Origin: Terriglobales bacterium
GTDB lineage: Bacteria; Acidobacteriota; Terriglobia; Terriglobales; SCQP01
Direction of reading: 5' to 3'
Assembly: GCA_025451775.1 (NCBI GenBank)
Contig: JANWJU010000157.1
Coordinates: forward strand, 635 to 64,634
Length of the DNA: 64,000 bases
Shown: positions 9,728 through 17,975 of the stretch, piece by piece
Position numbering within the stretch: position 1 is the first letter of the stretch
How the letters are laid out: each line of letters begins with the position of its first letter
Program-made: the position numbers and the translations under genes
The notes under the pieces: model-generated
Told to the model about the DNA's origin: nothing
The model's input: the letters and a program-made list of their open reading frames with translations, nothing else
The model's database searches: none

Positions 9728-10720
9728 ATGCTCTGGAAGGGCTTTCAAAAACCAAAGCGCTTGGCCGTCGATCCGGACACGCTCACCGACCGCTATGGAA
9801 AATTCACTGCCCAGCCGTTTGAACGCGGCTTCGGCAATACCATCGGCAACGCCCTGCGCCGGGTGCTACTCTCCTCCATCGAGGGGGGCGCCATCACCGC
9901 CGTGCGCATCGAAGGCGTGCTGCACGAGTTCCAATCCATCCCGGGCGTGGTCGAGGACGCCACCGACATCATCCTCAACCTTAAACAGATCCCCTTCCGC
10001 CTCTTGGTCGATGGCCCCAAGCACATCTATCTCAAGGCCGACCGCCCCGGCCCCATCACCAGCGGCATGATCGAGACCGATGGTGACGTCGAGGTGCTGG
10101 ATAAGAACGTCTACATCGCGACGGTCAGTGAAGGCGGTTCCCTGGACATGGATCTGCGGCTCAAGATCGGCCGCGGCTACGTCTCTGCCGACCGCAACTT
10201 CGACGAGGACTTGGCCGTCGGCTTCATCCCCGTCGACAGCGTGCACTCGCCGGTGCGCAAGGTCAACTACACCGTGGACGCCGCCCGCTTGGGCCAGACC
10301 ACCGATTATGATCGCTTGGCCATGGAGGTCTGGACCAACGGCGCTGTCAGCCCCACCGATGCCGTGGGGTTGGCTGCCAAGCTGCTCAAGGATCACATGA
10401 GCATCTTTGTGAACTTTGAGGAAGTCTCTGAAAGTGGGGAGTTCACCGAGGGCCGCTCGCTGCAACTGCGCAATGAGAACCTCAACCGTTCAGTCGAGGA
10501 GTTGGAGCTCTCGGTGCGCTCCTACAATTGCCTCAAGAATGCCAATATCCAAACCATCGGCGAACTGATTCAGAAGAGCGAAAACGAGATGCTGAAGACC
10601 AAGAACTTTGGCCGCAAATCGCTCAATGAAATCAAGGAGATCCTGGCGACCATGGGCTTGTCCTTGGGCATGCGCATCGATGACCAGGGTAACGCCGTCT
10701 CCAGCCCGGAAAGCGTCTAA
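9728..10720 (+). CDS. rpoA: DNA-directed RNA polymerase alpha subunit
   Basis: The ORF track gives 9692..10720. The internal ATG at 9728 ([12 protein letters not shown]...) matches the conventional alpha N-terminus. Both the NTD and the CTD (...[43 protein letters not shown]...) are present. Confidence 0.95.
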   Translation: MLWKGFQKPKRLAVDPDTLTDRYGKFTAQPFERGFGNTIGNALRRVLLSSIEGGAITAVRIEGVLHEFQSIPGVVEDATDIILNLKQIPFRLLVDGPKHIYLKADRPGPITSGMIETDGDVEVLDKNVYIATVSEGGSLDMDLRLKIGRGYVSADRNFDEDLAVGFIPVDSVHSPVRKVNYTVDAARLGQTTDYDRLAMEVWTNGAVSPTDAVGLAAKLLKDHMSIFVNFEEVSESGEFTEGRSLQLRNENLNRSVEELELSVRSYNCLKNANIQTIGELIQKSENEMLKTKNFGRKSLNEIKEILATMGLSLGMRIDDQGNAVSSPESV

Positions 10721-10725
10721 CTGCT

Positions 10726-11193
10726 ATGCGACACCTCAACGCCGGCTTTAAACTCGGCCGCAACACCTCCCACCGCCGCGCCCTGTTGCGCAACCTGGTC
10801 ACCTCGCTGGTGCTGGAGGAGCGGATTCAAACCACGGTGCCCAAGGCCAAGGCCATCCGTCCGTTGGCTGAGCGCATGGTGACGTTGGGCAAGCGCGGCG
10901 ACCTGCACGCCCGCCGCCAAGCCGCATCTTACCTGCTCGACGCGCAGGCGGTGGCCAAGCTGTTCGATTCGCTCTCGGCACGCTTCGGTGATCGCGCCGG
11001 CGGCTACACCCGCATTGTCAAGGCCGGCTTCCGCAAGGGTGACAACGCCCCGGTCGCCTACATCGAGTTTCTAGGCAGCGAGGGCATGCAGGCCGCCAAG
11101 CGGCAGCGCCGCTCGGAACTGCTCGATCGCAAAGCCGCCGCGCAGAAGAAGGCCACCGAGGAGCTGGGGCAAAAGCCCGAGGGAAGCGAATAG
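10726..11193 (+). CDS. rplQ: 50S ribosomal protein L17 with charged C-terminal tail
   Basis: 155 aa, [37 protein letters not shown]... Confidence 0.96.
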   Translation: MRHLNAGFKLGRNTSHRRALLRNLVTSLVLEERIQTTVPKAKAIRPLAERMVTLGKRGDLHARRQAASYLLDAQAVAKLFDSLSARFGDRAGGYTRIVKAGFRKGDNAPVAYIEFLGSEGMQAAKRQRRSELLDRKAAAQKKATEELGQKPEGSE

Positions 11194-11248
11194 GTTACCT
11201 ACCGTCTCGCCTCTCAATCCCGAGTCATTAAGGCTAAAATTGTAGGGA

Positions 11249-11277
11249 TTGACATCGTCTCGCCTCAACTCTAAATC
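11249..11277 (+). promoter_or_regulatory. candidate sigma70-type promoter (TTGACA-17 nt-TAAATC)
   Basis: TTGACA at 11249-11254, a 17-nt spacer, then TAAATC at 11272-11277. It sits just upstream of the probable GTG start at 11291 of the lipoprotein gene, in one of the few AT-richer spacers. This is a pattern match only. Confidence 0.3.
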
Positions 11278-11290
11278 GACGTGCCCGGGT

Positions 11291-12157
11291 GTGTCCGCCA
11301 TCCGGTGGATCTTGGCGCTAGCCTTGGTGCTGATGGCGGCTTGCGGCGCACCCAGGCCAGTGCCCCACGCGCCCGCTCCCAAGCTCGAATCGGCTTCACT
11401 CGAGCAGCTCGTCACCACCTTCAACCGCAATGCAGCGGCGGTGCGCACCATGCAGCTCAAGCTCGAGCTGACCGCTCGGGCTGGCAAAAAGAAGTACGTC
11501 CGCATCAGCGCTTTTTTGCTCACCCAAAAGCCCTCCAGCATCCGCATCACCGGCAAGTTCCCCTTGCTGGGAACAATATTTGACATGGCCAGCGACGGCA
11601 GTGTCTTCGAGCTCAACATCCCGACCCAAGGGCAATTTCTCGAGGGGCGCAACGACGTGATCCCGGCGGTCACGCCCAACCCGCTCGAAAAGCTGCGCCC
11701 GCAAGTCGTGCTCAACGCACTGCTGATCAACCCCATACCGGATCAGGACCATGTCGCGCTCGATCCCTCCGCCGATCCGGCTGAGTACCAGGTTCTTGTC
11801 CTCTCCCCCGGCACGGATGGCATCGACCACATCGTGCGCCGCATCACCTTCAGCCGGTACGACCTCCTACCGCACGCCCAGGTGCTTTACGACGGTGACG
11901 GGGTGCACTCGACCGTTGCCACCTACTCCAACTTCAGCCTCGTCGACGGACTCCCGCTACCTATGGAGATGACCATTGATCGTCCGGTCGATGGCTACGC
12001 GCTGCGCCTGCAAGTGGTGAAAAACGGCACCCTCCTCAATCATCCATTCGTCCAAGCCGATCCCTTCCAATTGCAGCCGCCCGCGGGCAGCAAGGTCGTC
12101 AAGTTGAGTGCCAATCTCGGCGCTCAGCCCGCCGCCGATTCGACGGCGGCGCGGTAG
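11291..12157 (+). CDS. outer-membrane lipoprotein, LolA/LolB-fold (DUF4292-like) candidate
   Basis: The ORF-track start at 11249 is a TTG inside the promoter-like hexamer. The in-frame GTG at 11291 gives signal peptide VSAIRWILALALVLMAAC with a lipobox Cys. The mature part (...KKKYVRISAFLLTQKPSSIRITGKFPLLGTIFDMASDGSVFELNIP...) resembles lipoprotein-sorting-fold proteins, so the family call is tentative. Confidence 0.55.
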   Translation: MSAIRWILALALVLMAACGAPRPVPHAPAPKLESASLEQLVTTFNRNAAAVRTMQLKLELTARAGKKKYVRISAFLLTQKPSSIRITGKFPLLGTIFDMASDGSVFELNIPTQGQFLEGRNDVIPAVTPNPLEKLRPQVVLNALLINPIPDQDHVALDPSADPAEYQVLVLSPGTDGIDHIVRRITFSRYDLLPHAQVLYDGDGVHSTVATYSNFSLVDGLPLPMEMTIDRPVDGYALRLQVVKNGTLLNHPFVQADPFQLQPPAGSKVVKLSANLGAQPAADSTAAR

Positions 12158-13884
12158 CGCCGCCCCGCCCGCCAAAATCGGAAAGCCTCATCCGGCGCGA
12201 CTTGCGTCGCCGCAAAGGCACAGAACGCTGCGTGAAACGCACCGTACGCCAGGCGGTGCCAGGCTAGGCGTGGCGCCAGCGCGGCCGCGGTTTCGCCGCT
12301 GTGGCGGCAGTACGCGGCCACTACGGCGGCGCCCGGCGCCGACCCAAACTCCACAGCGATCCCCGCTAGATCCCAGGCGATATCGGCCGGACCGGGGAAG
12401 AAGGGATCGTCGCCGTGGTCGGCGCCGTCAAATTTCACCCATCCGCTCCGGGTGACTCCCCACTCGCAGCGCTGCAGGCGGGCATCGAGCGCCACCGGCA
12501 CCGCTTCCACCATGGGCGGAGGCCTCATCGTCCAGCGCAGCCGGCCTAAATTGATGGGCAGCATCTCGGCCAGCTCCGGGGTAGGCGGCACGGCGCCACC
12601 CAAGGCATACTCGGATCGTCGCCAGGCGAGGTAATTGCCTGCCCACTCCGCCCACGCCTGTCCCGGCCGCGCCGCGAGCCGGCGCACGCGGAGACAGCGG
12701 TACACCACCCAACCAGCGGCGGCGTCGGCGGCGCTGCCCACCACCTCCGGTCCCCAGCCAGCGCGCGCCAAACGCCGTGCCCGCTCCCAGGTGGCCACCC
12801 CATATGGGCCCACGCCGCCGAACTTGGTGAGGGTGCGGCCGCCGCCGGTAAGGTATTTGAGCCGCTCGTGGGTGCCCCATACCGGCGTGGTGACGCCGTG
12901 GCCGAGCCGCTGTCGCCAAACTCCGCCGTGCAGCGGCTCGCCATCAGGCGCCGTGAGCGGTTCCGCTGGATAGCAGCGCCAGCCCGTCCATTGGCGGGCG
13001 GCGATGGGTGAGCTGAGGCGGGCGGCCGCGGCTGCGTCCACCTCCCAACTGGGCAGCAGCACGATCCTCATCGGGCTTACGCCCAGTGATTGCAGCAGCA
13101 TCACCGTGCCGGCGAAACTGGACCCGCTGAGCCCCGGTCCTTCGTCCACGATCAAAAACGCGCCCGCCCACGCCTGCATCCGTCGCCGCAGCCGATCGGA
13201 GATGCGGATGACCCGGCTCTGGGGATCGCCTTGTGGCCGGAGCGTGGTACAACGATGAGCCACATCGCCGGATGGGGGCCGCAGCGCCGCCCACACCACC
13301 GGCGCCAGCGTGCTGCCCATGGTGCGCAACCCCAGCACCCAGGCGGGTGTGCCTTCCGCCGCCGCGGCCTGCCACCGCCGCGCCGCCACGGCGTAACCGT
13401 CCACGTTCAGGCTGTAGTAGCGCAATCCTTCAGGATCGCTACAGTGCAGCATCGCGCCACCGTCCTCCCAGGGACAGCCGCGGTCCGGAAGCAGCGCCTC
13501 TGTCCTCCTCTTCAGGTACCATTCCGCGGCAGCCTGGCTCCAGCGCACCGCCGCCTGCCGGCGCGGACTCTCATCGTCCACCCCTCCCGCTTGCGCTGAC
13601 CAGCGGTCACTGAGGCCGCACTCCAGCCGCGCGGCCGCCAGCAGCAGTCCGAGGCGGTCGCCACGCTGCTGCGCCGCCGTGCAGGCCGCCCACGCCGCGG
13701 CCACCGTCATCTCGCGCTGTGTGTGGCGGAATATATGCATTTCGAGGCTGAGATGCCCTCCGTGCACGCAGTAGCGGCTGCCAGCTCGGTCGAGTAGAAT
13801 GGGAGGGCTCGACATCTGGAGGTACTCCGTGGCGCTTGGCGGCAACGATTCCCGTTCTGAAAATTCCCACTTGGGCAAAACCAT
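12124..13884 (-). CDS. hypothetical protein; possible PRTase-like N-terminal half and protein-kinase-like/APH-like C-terminal half
   Basis: 586-aa ORF; the true start may be an internal Met at 13815 or 13740. AFLIVDEGPGLSGSSFAGTVMLL resembles the PRPP-binding loop of phosphoribosyltransferases. WVKFDGADHGDDPFFPGPADIAWDLAGIAVEF resembles the DFG/DLA region of aminoglycoside/choline-kinase-like phosphotransferases. Confidence 0.6.
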   Translation of the reverse strand: MVLPKWEFSERESLPPSATEYLQMSSPPILLDRAGSRYCVHGGHLSLEMHIFRHTQREMTVAAAWAACTAAQQRGDRLGLLLAAARLECGLSDRWSAQAGGVDDESPRRQAAVRWSQAAAEWYLKRRTEALLPDRGCPWEDGGAMLHCSDPEGLRYYSLNVDGYAVAARRWQAAAAEGTPAWVLGLRTMGSTLAPVVWAALRPPSGDVAHRCTTLRPQGDPQSRVIRISDRLRRRMQAWAGAFLIVDEGPGLSGSSFAGTVMLLQSLGVSPMRIVLLPSWEVDAAAAARLSSPIAARQWTGWRCYPAEPLTAPDGEPLHGGVWRQRLGHGVTTPVWGTHERLKYLTGGGRTLTKFGGVGPYGVATWERARRLARAGWGPEVVGSAADAAAGWVVYRCLRVRRLAARPGQAWAEWAGNYLAWRRSEYALGGAVPPTPELAEMLPINLGRLRWTMRPPPMVEAVPVALDARLQRCEWGVTRSGWVKFDGADHGDDPFFPGPADIAWDLAGIAVEFGSAPGAAVVAAYCRHSGETAAALAPRLAWHRLAYGAFHAAFCAFAATQVAPDEAFRFWRAGRRYRAAVESAAG

Positions 13885-14284
13885 TCACTTCAATGGCACG
13901 ATTACCGGTTCCGAAGATGTTTCTATCGACGGCGAGGTCGAGGGCACGATCGAACTCGGCGCTCACGTCGTCACCGTCGGGCCGCACGGCAACGTCGCCG
14001 CCAACGTCCAGGCCCGCGAGCTGATCGTGCACGGTAAGCTCAAAGGCAACGCTCAGGCGCGGGATCGAATCGAAGTAAGCCGCACCGGTTCGGTGCGGGG
14101 AGATCTCGCCATGGCCCGGATATCGATTGAAGATGGCGCGTTTATTCAAGGGCGGATCGACATCCGTGCCGCCAACGCTCCCGCACTTCCCGTGGTCGTG
14201 GGGGCAGCCGCGAGCGTGAGCTCGGGGCTCGCGCCGGCCACGGCCGCGCCGCCTCAACAGAGCTCGTTTTTGGACCAGAAATAG
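13829..14284 (+). CDS. bactofilin (polymer-forming cytoskeletal protein)
   Basis: The ORF track gives 13799..14284. The in-frame GTG at 13829 is preceded by GGAGG 7 nt upstream. The bactofilin beta-helix pattern is present: ...IHFNGTITGSEDVSIDGEVEGTIELGAHVVTVGPHGNVAANVQARELIVHGKLKGNAQARDRIEVSRTGSVRGDLAMARISIEDGAFIQGRIDI... Confidence 0.85.
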   Translation: MALGGNDSRSENSHLGKTIHFNGTITGSEDVSIDGEVEGTIELGAHVVTVGPHGNVAANVQARELIVHGKLKGNAQARDRIEVSRTGSVRGDLAMARISIEDGAFIQGRIDIRAANAPALPVVVGAAASVSSGLAPATAAPPQQSSFLDQK

Positions 14285-14323
14285 CGCGCGCGCAACCGGC
14301 AGCACTTCGCTTGGCTCGTCGTT

Positions 14324-14995
14324 ATGCTTACGAAAGTCCGTAGCCTGTTCCAGCCCGGCGCCCACACCGCCGCGGTGGGGACGCTAGCCGCGCCAGCGCA
14401 CGCGCCCGGCACCCTGCGGCACAGCAACGGCTTGCGCGACTTCCTCAACGGCTGGGACAAGGTGGAAGGCCGTCGCGTCCTCGATTTAGGCTGCACCTCC
14501 AGCGCCAACCTGAGCTTTTTCACCACCCACGGCCACAATATCCATAGCGACGACTTGCTCCACGAGACTGCCCAGCCGGTCTACTTTCACCCTCCCGCGG
14601 ACGACCCCGCCGCCCCCGCCGTCTTCGACGCGGACGCGTGGCTCGATGCCAACCTCGCCTTCCCCGACCAGCGCTTCGACGCCGTGCTGCTTTGGGATCT
14701 GGTCGACTACATGCCCGAGCCGTTGGTGCGCCCCCTGCTCGAACGCCTCACCTTGATTCTCAAGCCCGGCGGCACCATCCTTTCCTATTTCCACACTCGC
14801 GATGCCGGGGCCGAAGCGCCTTTTTTCCGCTACCACATCCATGATCGCGAAACCCTCGAGATGCGCGTCGCCGCCGCCTATCGCCTGCAGCGCATTTTCA
14901 ATAATCGCCACATCGAAAACCTCTTCCGCGGCTTCCGTTCCGTGAAGTTCTTCCTGGCGCGCGACAACTTGCGCGAAGTGCTCGCCACCAAGTAA
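14324..14995 (+). CDS. class I SAM-dependent methyltransferase
   Basis: 223 aa. Motif I-like sequence is RVLDLGCTSSANLSFF. A later stretch reads FDAVLLWDLVDYMPEPLVRPLLERLTLILKPGGTILSYFH. Confidence 0.75.
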   Translation: MLTKVRSLFQPGAHTAAVGTLAAPAHAPGTLRHSNGLRDFLNGWDKVEGRRVLDLGCTSSANLSFFTTHGHNIHSDDLLHETAQPVYFHPPADDPAAPAVFDADAWLDANLAFPDQRFDAVLLWDLVDYMPEPLVRPLLERLTLILKPGGTILSYFHTRDAGAEAPFFRYHIHDRETLEMRVAAAYRLQRIFNNRHIENLFRGFRSVKFFLARDNLREVLATK

Positions 14996-15022
14996 AGGTG
15001 GGCCCGCCAAAGCGTTCGCCGC

Positions 15023-15170
15023 TCGAGGCAGCTTGGAAGTGCCACGAGCAGAGCGGGGCAACGAGCGGCAGTGCCGCTCGTGCGCCGCCCATCGAAGCCC
15101 GCCCTCAAGCGAGCGATGCTCAAAATGCGAGCCTCGCGGGAGCGACCCAGCGAAAAGTGGCGAGCCACCG
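15023..15170 (+). repeat. dispersed intergenic repeat, full-length copy A (5' hairpin module + 3' module)
   Basis: Sequence: GAGGCAGCTTGGAAGTGCCACGAGCAGAGCGGGGCAACGAGCGGCAGTGCCGCTCGTGCGCCGCCCATCGAAGCCCGCCCTCAAGCGA...GGGAGCGACCCAGCGAAAAGTGGCGAGCCACC. The same modules recur at 15440, 26261, 40568, 54048, 62753 and 63039. Confidence 0.9.
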
Positions 15171-15189
15171 CCGCCTCCGGCAATGGAAA

Positions 15190-15219
15190 GGGTAGCCCGG
15201 GAGCGCTCCCGGGCTACCC
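15190..15219. terminator. perfect 30-nt palindrome, candidate bidirectional terminator hairpin
   Basis: GGGTAGCCCGGGAGC|GCTCCCGGGCTACCC read directly. It lies between the convergent methyltransferase (+) and histidine kinase (-) genes. No U-tract follows it. Confidence 0.45.
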
Positions 15220-15439
15220 TGGTAGGATTGGGTGAAGGGTTCCCTCTTCGGCGCCATCGGTCGATTCTAAGAGGGACACCGGTGTAGATGTCGCCTGCTT
15301 CGGAGCGTATGTCCGCAACGTGAGCACCACCAACCGGCACCGTCCCGATTTGACATCGCCCGCCCCGCGTCCTACGCTCTCGCCCATGTTGAAACCCACC
15401 GCTGGTTGATGGCCTGCTGCGCCACCTCGTTAACATCAA

Positions 15440-15604
15440 TTGGAGGCAGCTTGGAGATGCCACGAGCAGAGCGGGGCAACGAGCGGCAGTGCCGCTCGTG
15501 CCCCGCCCATCGAAGCCCGCCCCCAAGCGACCAGGGCCGGGGCCCTCAGCGCGCAGCGCCGGGGTGGCAGCGGGAGCAACCAAGCGAACAGTGGCGAGCC
15601 ACCC
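15440..15604 (+). repeat. dispersed intergenic repeat, full-length copy B
   Basis: The 5' module differs from copy A at about 4 of 88 positions by eye. The 3' module is GCGGGAGCAACCAAGCGAACAGTGGCGAGCCACCC. The copy ends 2 nt before the histidine kinase stop codon. Confidence 0.9.
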
Positions 15605-15606
15605 GC

Positions 15607-17865
15607 CTACTGCAGCTTTTGACCGGCGGCGGCACTTGAGGCCGCGGTACCGGGTGCCGGATGCAGCAGCTCGTGAATGATCTGCAGCATGGCTTGGGGG
15701 CTATACGGTTTGCGCAGAAAATCCACGCCCAGTTCGGTTGGCAAGCGCTCCGCCACCCCCATATAACCGGAGCTATAGAGCACGCGCAGTGCGGGGGTCC
15801 AATCCTTCAGGGCGGTTATGAGTTCACGTCCGCCCATCTTGGGCATGACCAGATCGGTGAAGACCAGATCAATCGGCGTGGCCGTTTCCTGCGCCAACCG
15901 CAATGCCTCGAGCCCGTTGGCGGCCTCGATCACGGCGTAGCCGGCCTCCTGCAACGCTTCCCGGGCCATGGCGCGCAGGCCGTCCTCATCTTCGACCAGC
16001 AAGATGAGCTCCGAACCTCCCGTGGGGTGCGGGCGCGTTGAGGAGGCGATCTCGACGGCGGCCGTGGTTTCGCTCTCACGAGCCGGCAGCAGCAGGCGAA
16101 AGCAGGAGCCCTGGCCCAGGGCGCTCTCGACGAGCAGGTGTCCGTCGGCTTGCTTGGCGATGCCGTAGATGGTGGCCAAGCCCAGCCCCGTGCCCTTGCC
16201 GGTTTCCTTGGTGGTGAAGAACGGCTCGAAGATGTGCTTTTGCGTCTCCGCGTCCATACCGGTCCCGGTGTCACGGAAGGCGAGCTCGACGTAGCGCCCG
16301 CTGGGCACACCGTCGCTGGCGGGCGGCGGCGCGGTGCCATCCAGGGTGAGGTTGGCGGTTGAGATCGTGTACTGGCCGCCATCCGGCATGGCATCGCGGG
16401 CGTTGGCGGCGAAGTTCATGACCACCTGCTCGAGGTGGGTGGGATCGATGCACGCGGCGGCGGCATCGGCGGCCAGATCCAAGCGGATCTCGATGGCCTC
16501 GCCCATCAAGACGGCGAGCATGTGCCGCATCGGCTCGATCACCGGGCCGAGCGCTAGGGCGCGCGCGCCCGCTGGCACCGGATGCTTGCGGCTGAAGGTG
16601 AGCAATTGCCGGGTAAGGGCGGCGGCGCGGTCGCCCGCTTTGATGATCTGCTGGACGTAGGCGCGGCAGCTGTCGCCGGGCGGCAGCTTGGCGAGCGTCA
16701 TCTCGCCGAAGCCGTTGATCACGGTGATGAGGTTGTTAAAGTCGTGAGCGACGCCGCCAGCGAGCTGGCCGATCGCTTCCAGGCGCGCGGCGCGCAAGAT
16801 GCGCTGCTGGGTATGATCGAGGGTCGACCGCATGCGCGCGAACGCCGCCGTGAGCTGCCCCGCCTCGTCGCCTCCAGCCGCGTGCAGCGGCGAGGAGTAA
16901 TCACCCTGCTCCATGGCGCCTACGCCGGTTACCAGTTCCGCGAGCGGGCGCGTGAAGGCGTGGGCGATGAGATACACCAGCCCGGCGCCGATGAGCAATG
17001 CCCCCAAGCCGACCAGCAGAATCAGCCGGTTCAGGGCGTGCAAAAACGCCATCACCGGCGTGAACGAGCGCAGCACCGTCAGCGTCGGAGCGACGCCGGC
17101 TCCGGGGCTGGCGGCGAGTGCTTCCGTAGCGGCGGCGAAGCGCTCCCCATTGAGCTCGACGCCGTTGCGCAAGCGGCGGCTCGCCGCCAGGCCCAGGCGC
17201 ACGAAATCCCGCTGCTGTGCCTCTGGCAGCGTGCTCACCACCGGCGTGCCGGCGTAGGCGAACACCACCTCGCCGCCCGCCGCGCGGCTGATCTGCTCCG
17301 CCAGCGTCTGATCGATGGGGCGGCCCAGCACCAGCGTGCCCACCCAGTTGCCGTCGGCCGGATCGCCGCGATAGATCGGGCGCAAAAACACCTGGAATAA
17401 ACGCCCGTCGGCGAACCACCAACCGCTGCCAGCGCCGCTCGCGAAGGTGGCGTTCAGCAGGCGGACGATGCTGCCGGCGTCGAGCCCGTCCCGGTACGGG
17501 TACCGGGCCAGCACGCGCCGGTTGCGGTCGGCGACCAGCAGCATCGTGCCCGGCACCAGCGTGCGGCTGATGTCGTCCACCGGCCCGGAGACGGTGAGGG
17601 CATCATCGGTGGTCATCGCGGCCTCCAGCGAGGGCACGGTGGCGGCCAAGGCGGCCGTGCTCTCCGCCAGGGCGTCGCTGCGGGCCTGCAGATTTTGAAA
17701 GGTGGCGAGCGAGCCTTGCACTTGGGCCGCGATCTGGCCCGAAATCTCGGCGTTCACCCGCAGTTGGACGATCGACAACGCCGCGCCGGTGAGCAGCGCC
17801 GATACCAACGCCATCGAGACGAACAGCTTGTTCCGCAGGCGGAGGTTATTCCAGCGAAGCATCAT
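15607..17865 (-). CDS. hybrid sensor histidine kinase/response regulator
   Basis: 752 aa. An N-terminal TM, a periplasmic sensor region, a second TM and a HAMP region come first. HisKA (...AGGVAHDFNNLITVING...) and HATPase_c (...DTGTGMDAETQKHIFEPFFTTKETGKGTGLGLATIYG...) follow. The C-terminal REC domain reads ...ILLVEDEDGLR...FTDLVMPKMGG... Confidence 0.93.
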   Translation of the reverse strand: MMLRWNNLRLRNKLFVSMALVSALLTGAALSIVQLRVNAEISGQIAAQVQGSLATFQNLQARSDALAESTAALAATVPSLEAAMTTDDALTVSGPVDDISRTLVPGTMLLVADRNRRVLARYPYRDGLDAGSIVRLLNATFASGAGSGWWFADGRLFQVFLRPIYRGDPADGNWVGTLVLGRPIDQTLAEQISRAAGGEVVFAYAGTPVVSTLPEAQQRDFVRLGLAASRRLRNGVELNGERFAAATEALAASPGAGVAPTLTVLRSFTPVMAFLHALNRLILLVGLGALLIGAGLVYLIAHAFTRPLAELVTGVGAMEQGDYSSPLHAAGGDEAGQLTAAFARMRSTLDHTQQRILRAARLEAIGQLAGGVAHDFNNLITVINGFGEMTLAKLPPGDSCRAYVQQIIKAGDRAAALTRQLLTFSRKHPVPAGARALALGPVIEPMRHMLAVLMGEAIEIRLDLAADAAAACIDPTHLEQVVMNFAANARDAMPDGGQYTISTANLTLDGTAPPPASDGVPSGRYVELAFRDTGTGMDAETQKHIFEPFFTTKETGKGTGLGLATIYGIAKQADGHLLVESALGQGSCFRLLLPARESETTAAVEIASSTRPHPTGGSELILLVEDEDGLRAMAREALQEAGYAVIEAANGLEALRLAQETATPIDLVFTDLVMPKMGGRELITALKDWTPALRVLYSSGYMGVAERLPTELGVDFLRKPYSPQAMLQIIHELLHPAPGTAASSAAAGQKLQ

Positions 17866-17975
17866 GCGAAGGATCTTGCGCAGACAATACCATTAGTCAT
17901 GGACGCATGGGCGCCGCGCCCGATGCAAAAGTTACCCAGATCCCGCCGCCGCGTGATAGCTTTAGTGACTGTTCC

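Noticed and set aside
14486-15583. 365-aa minus-strand ORF and several 60-100 aa ORFs across the 610-bp spacer.
   Set aside because: They read straight through the repeat copies, the palindrome and the antisense of the methyltransferase. They show no coding-like composition or motifs.
15023-15604. Possible CRISPR array, suggested by two near-identical units separated by unique sequence.
   Set aside because: The units are about 150 bp rather than 25-40 bp. There are only two here, with a 270-bp gap, and the other copies are scattered singly. No cas genes are present.
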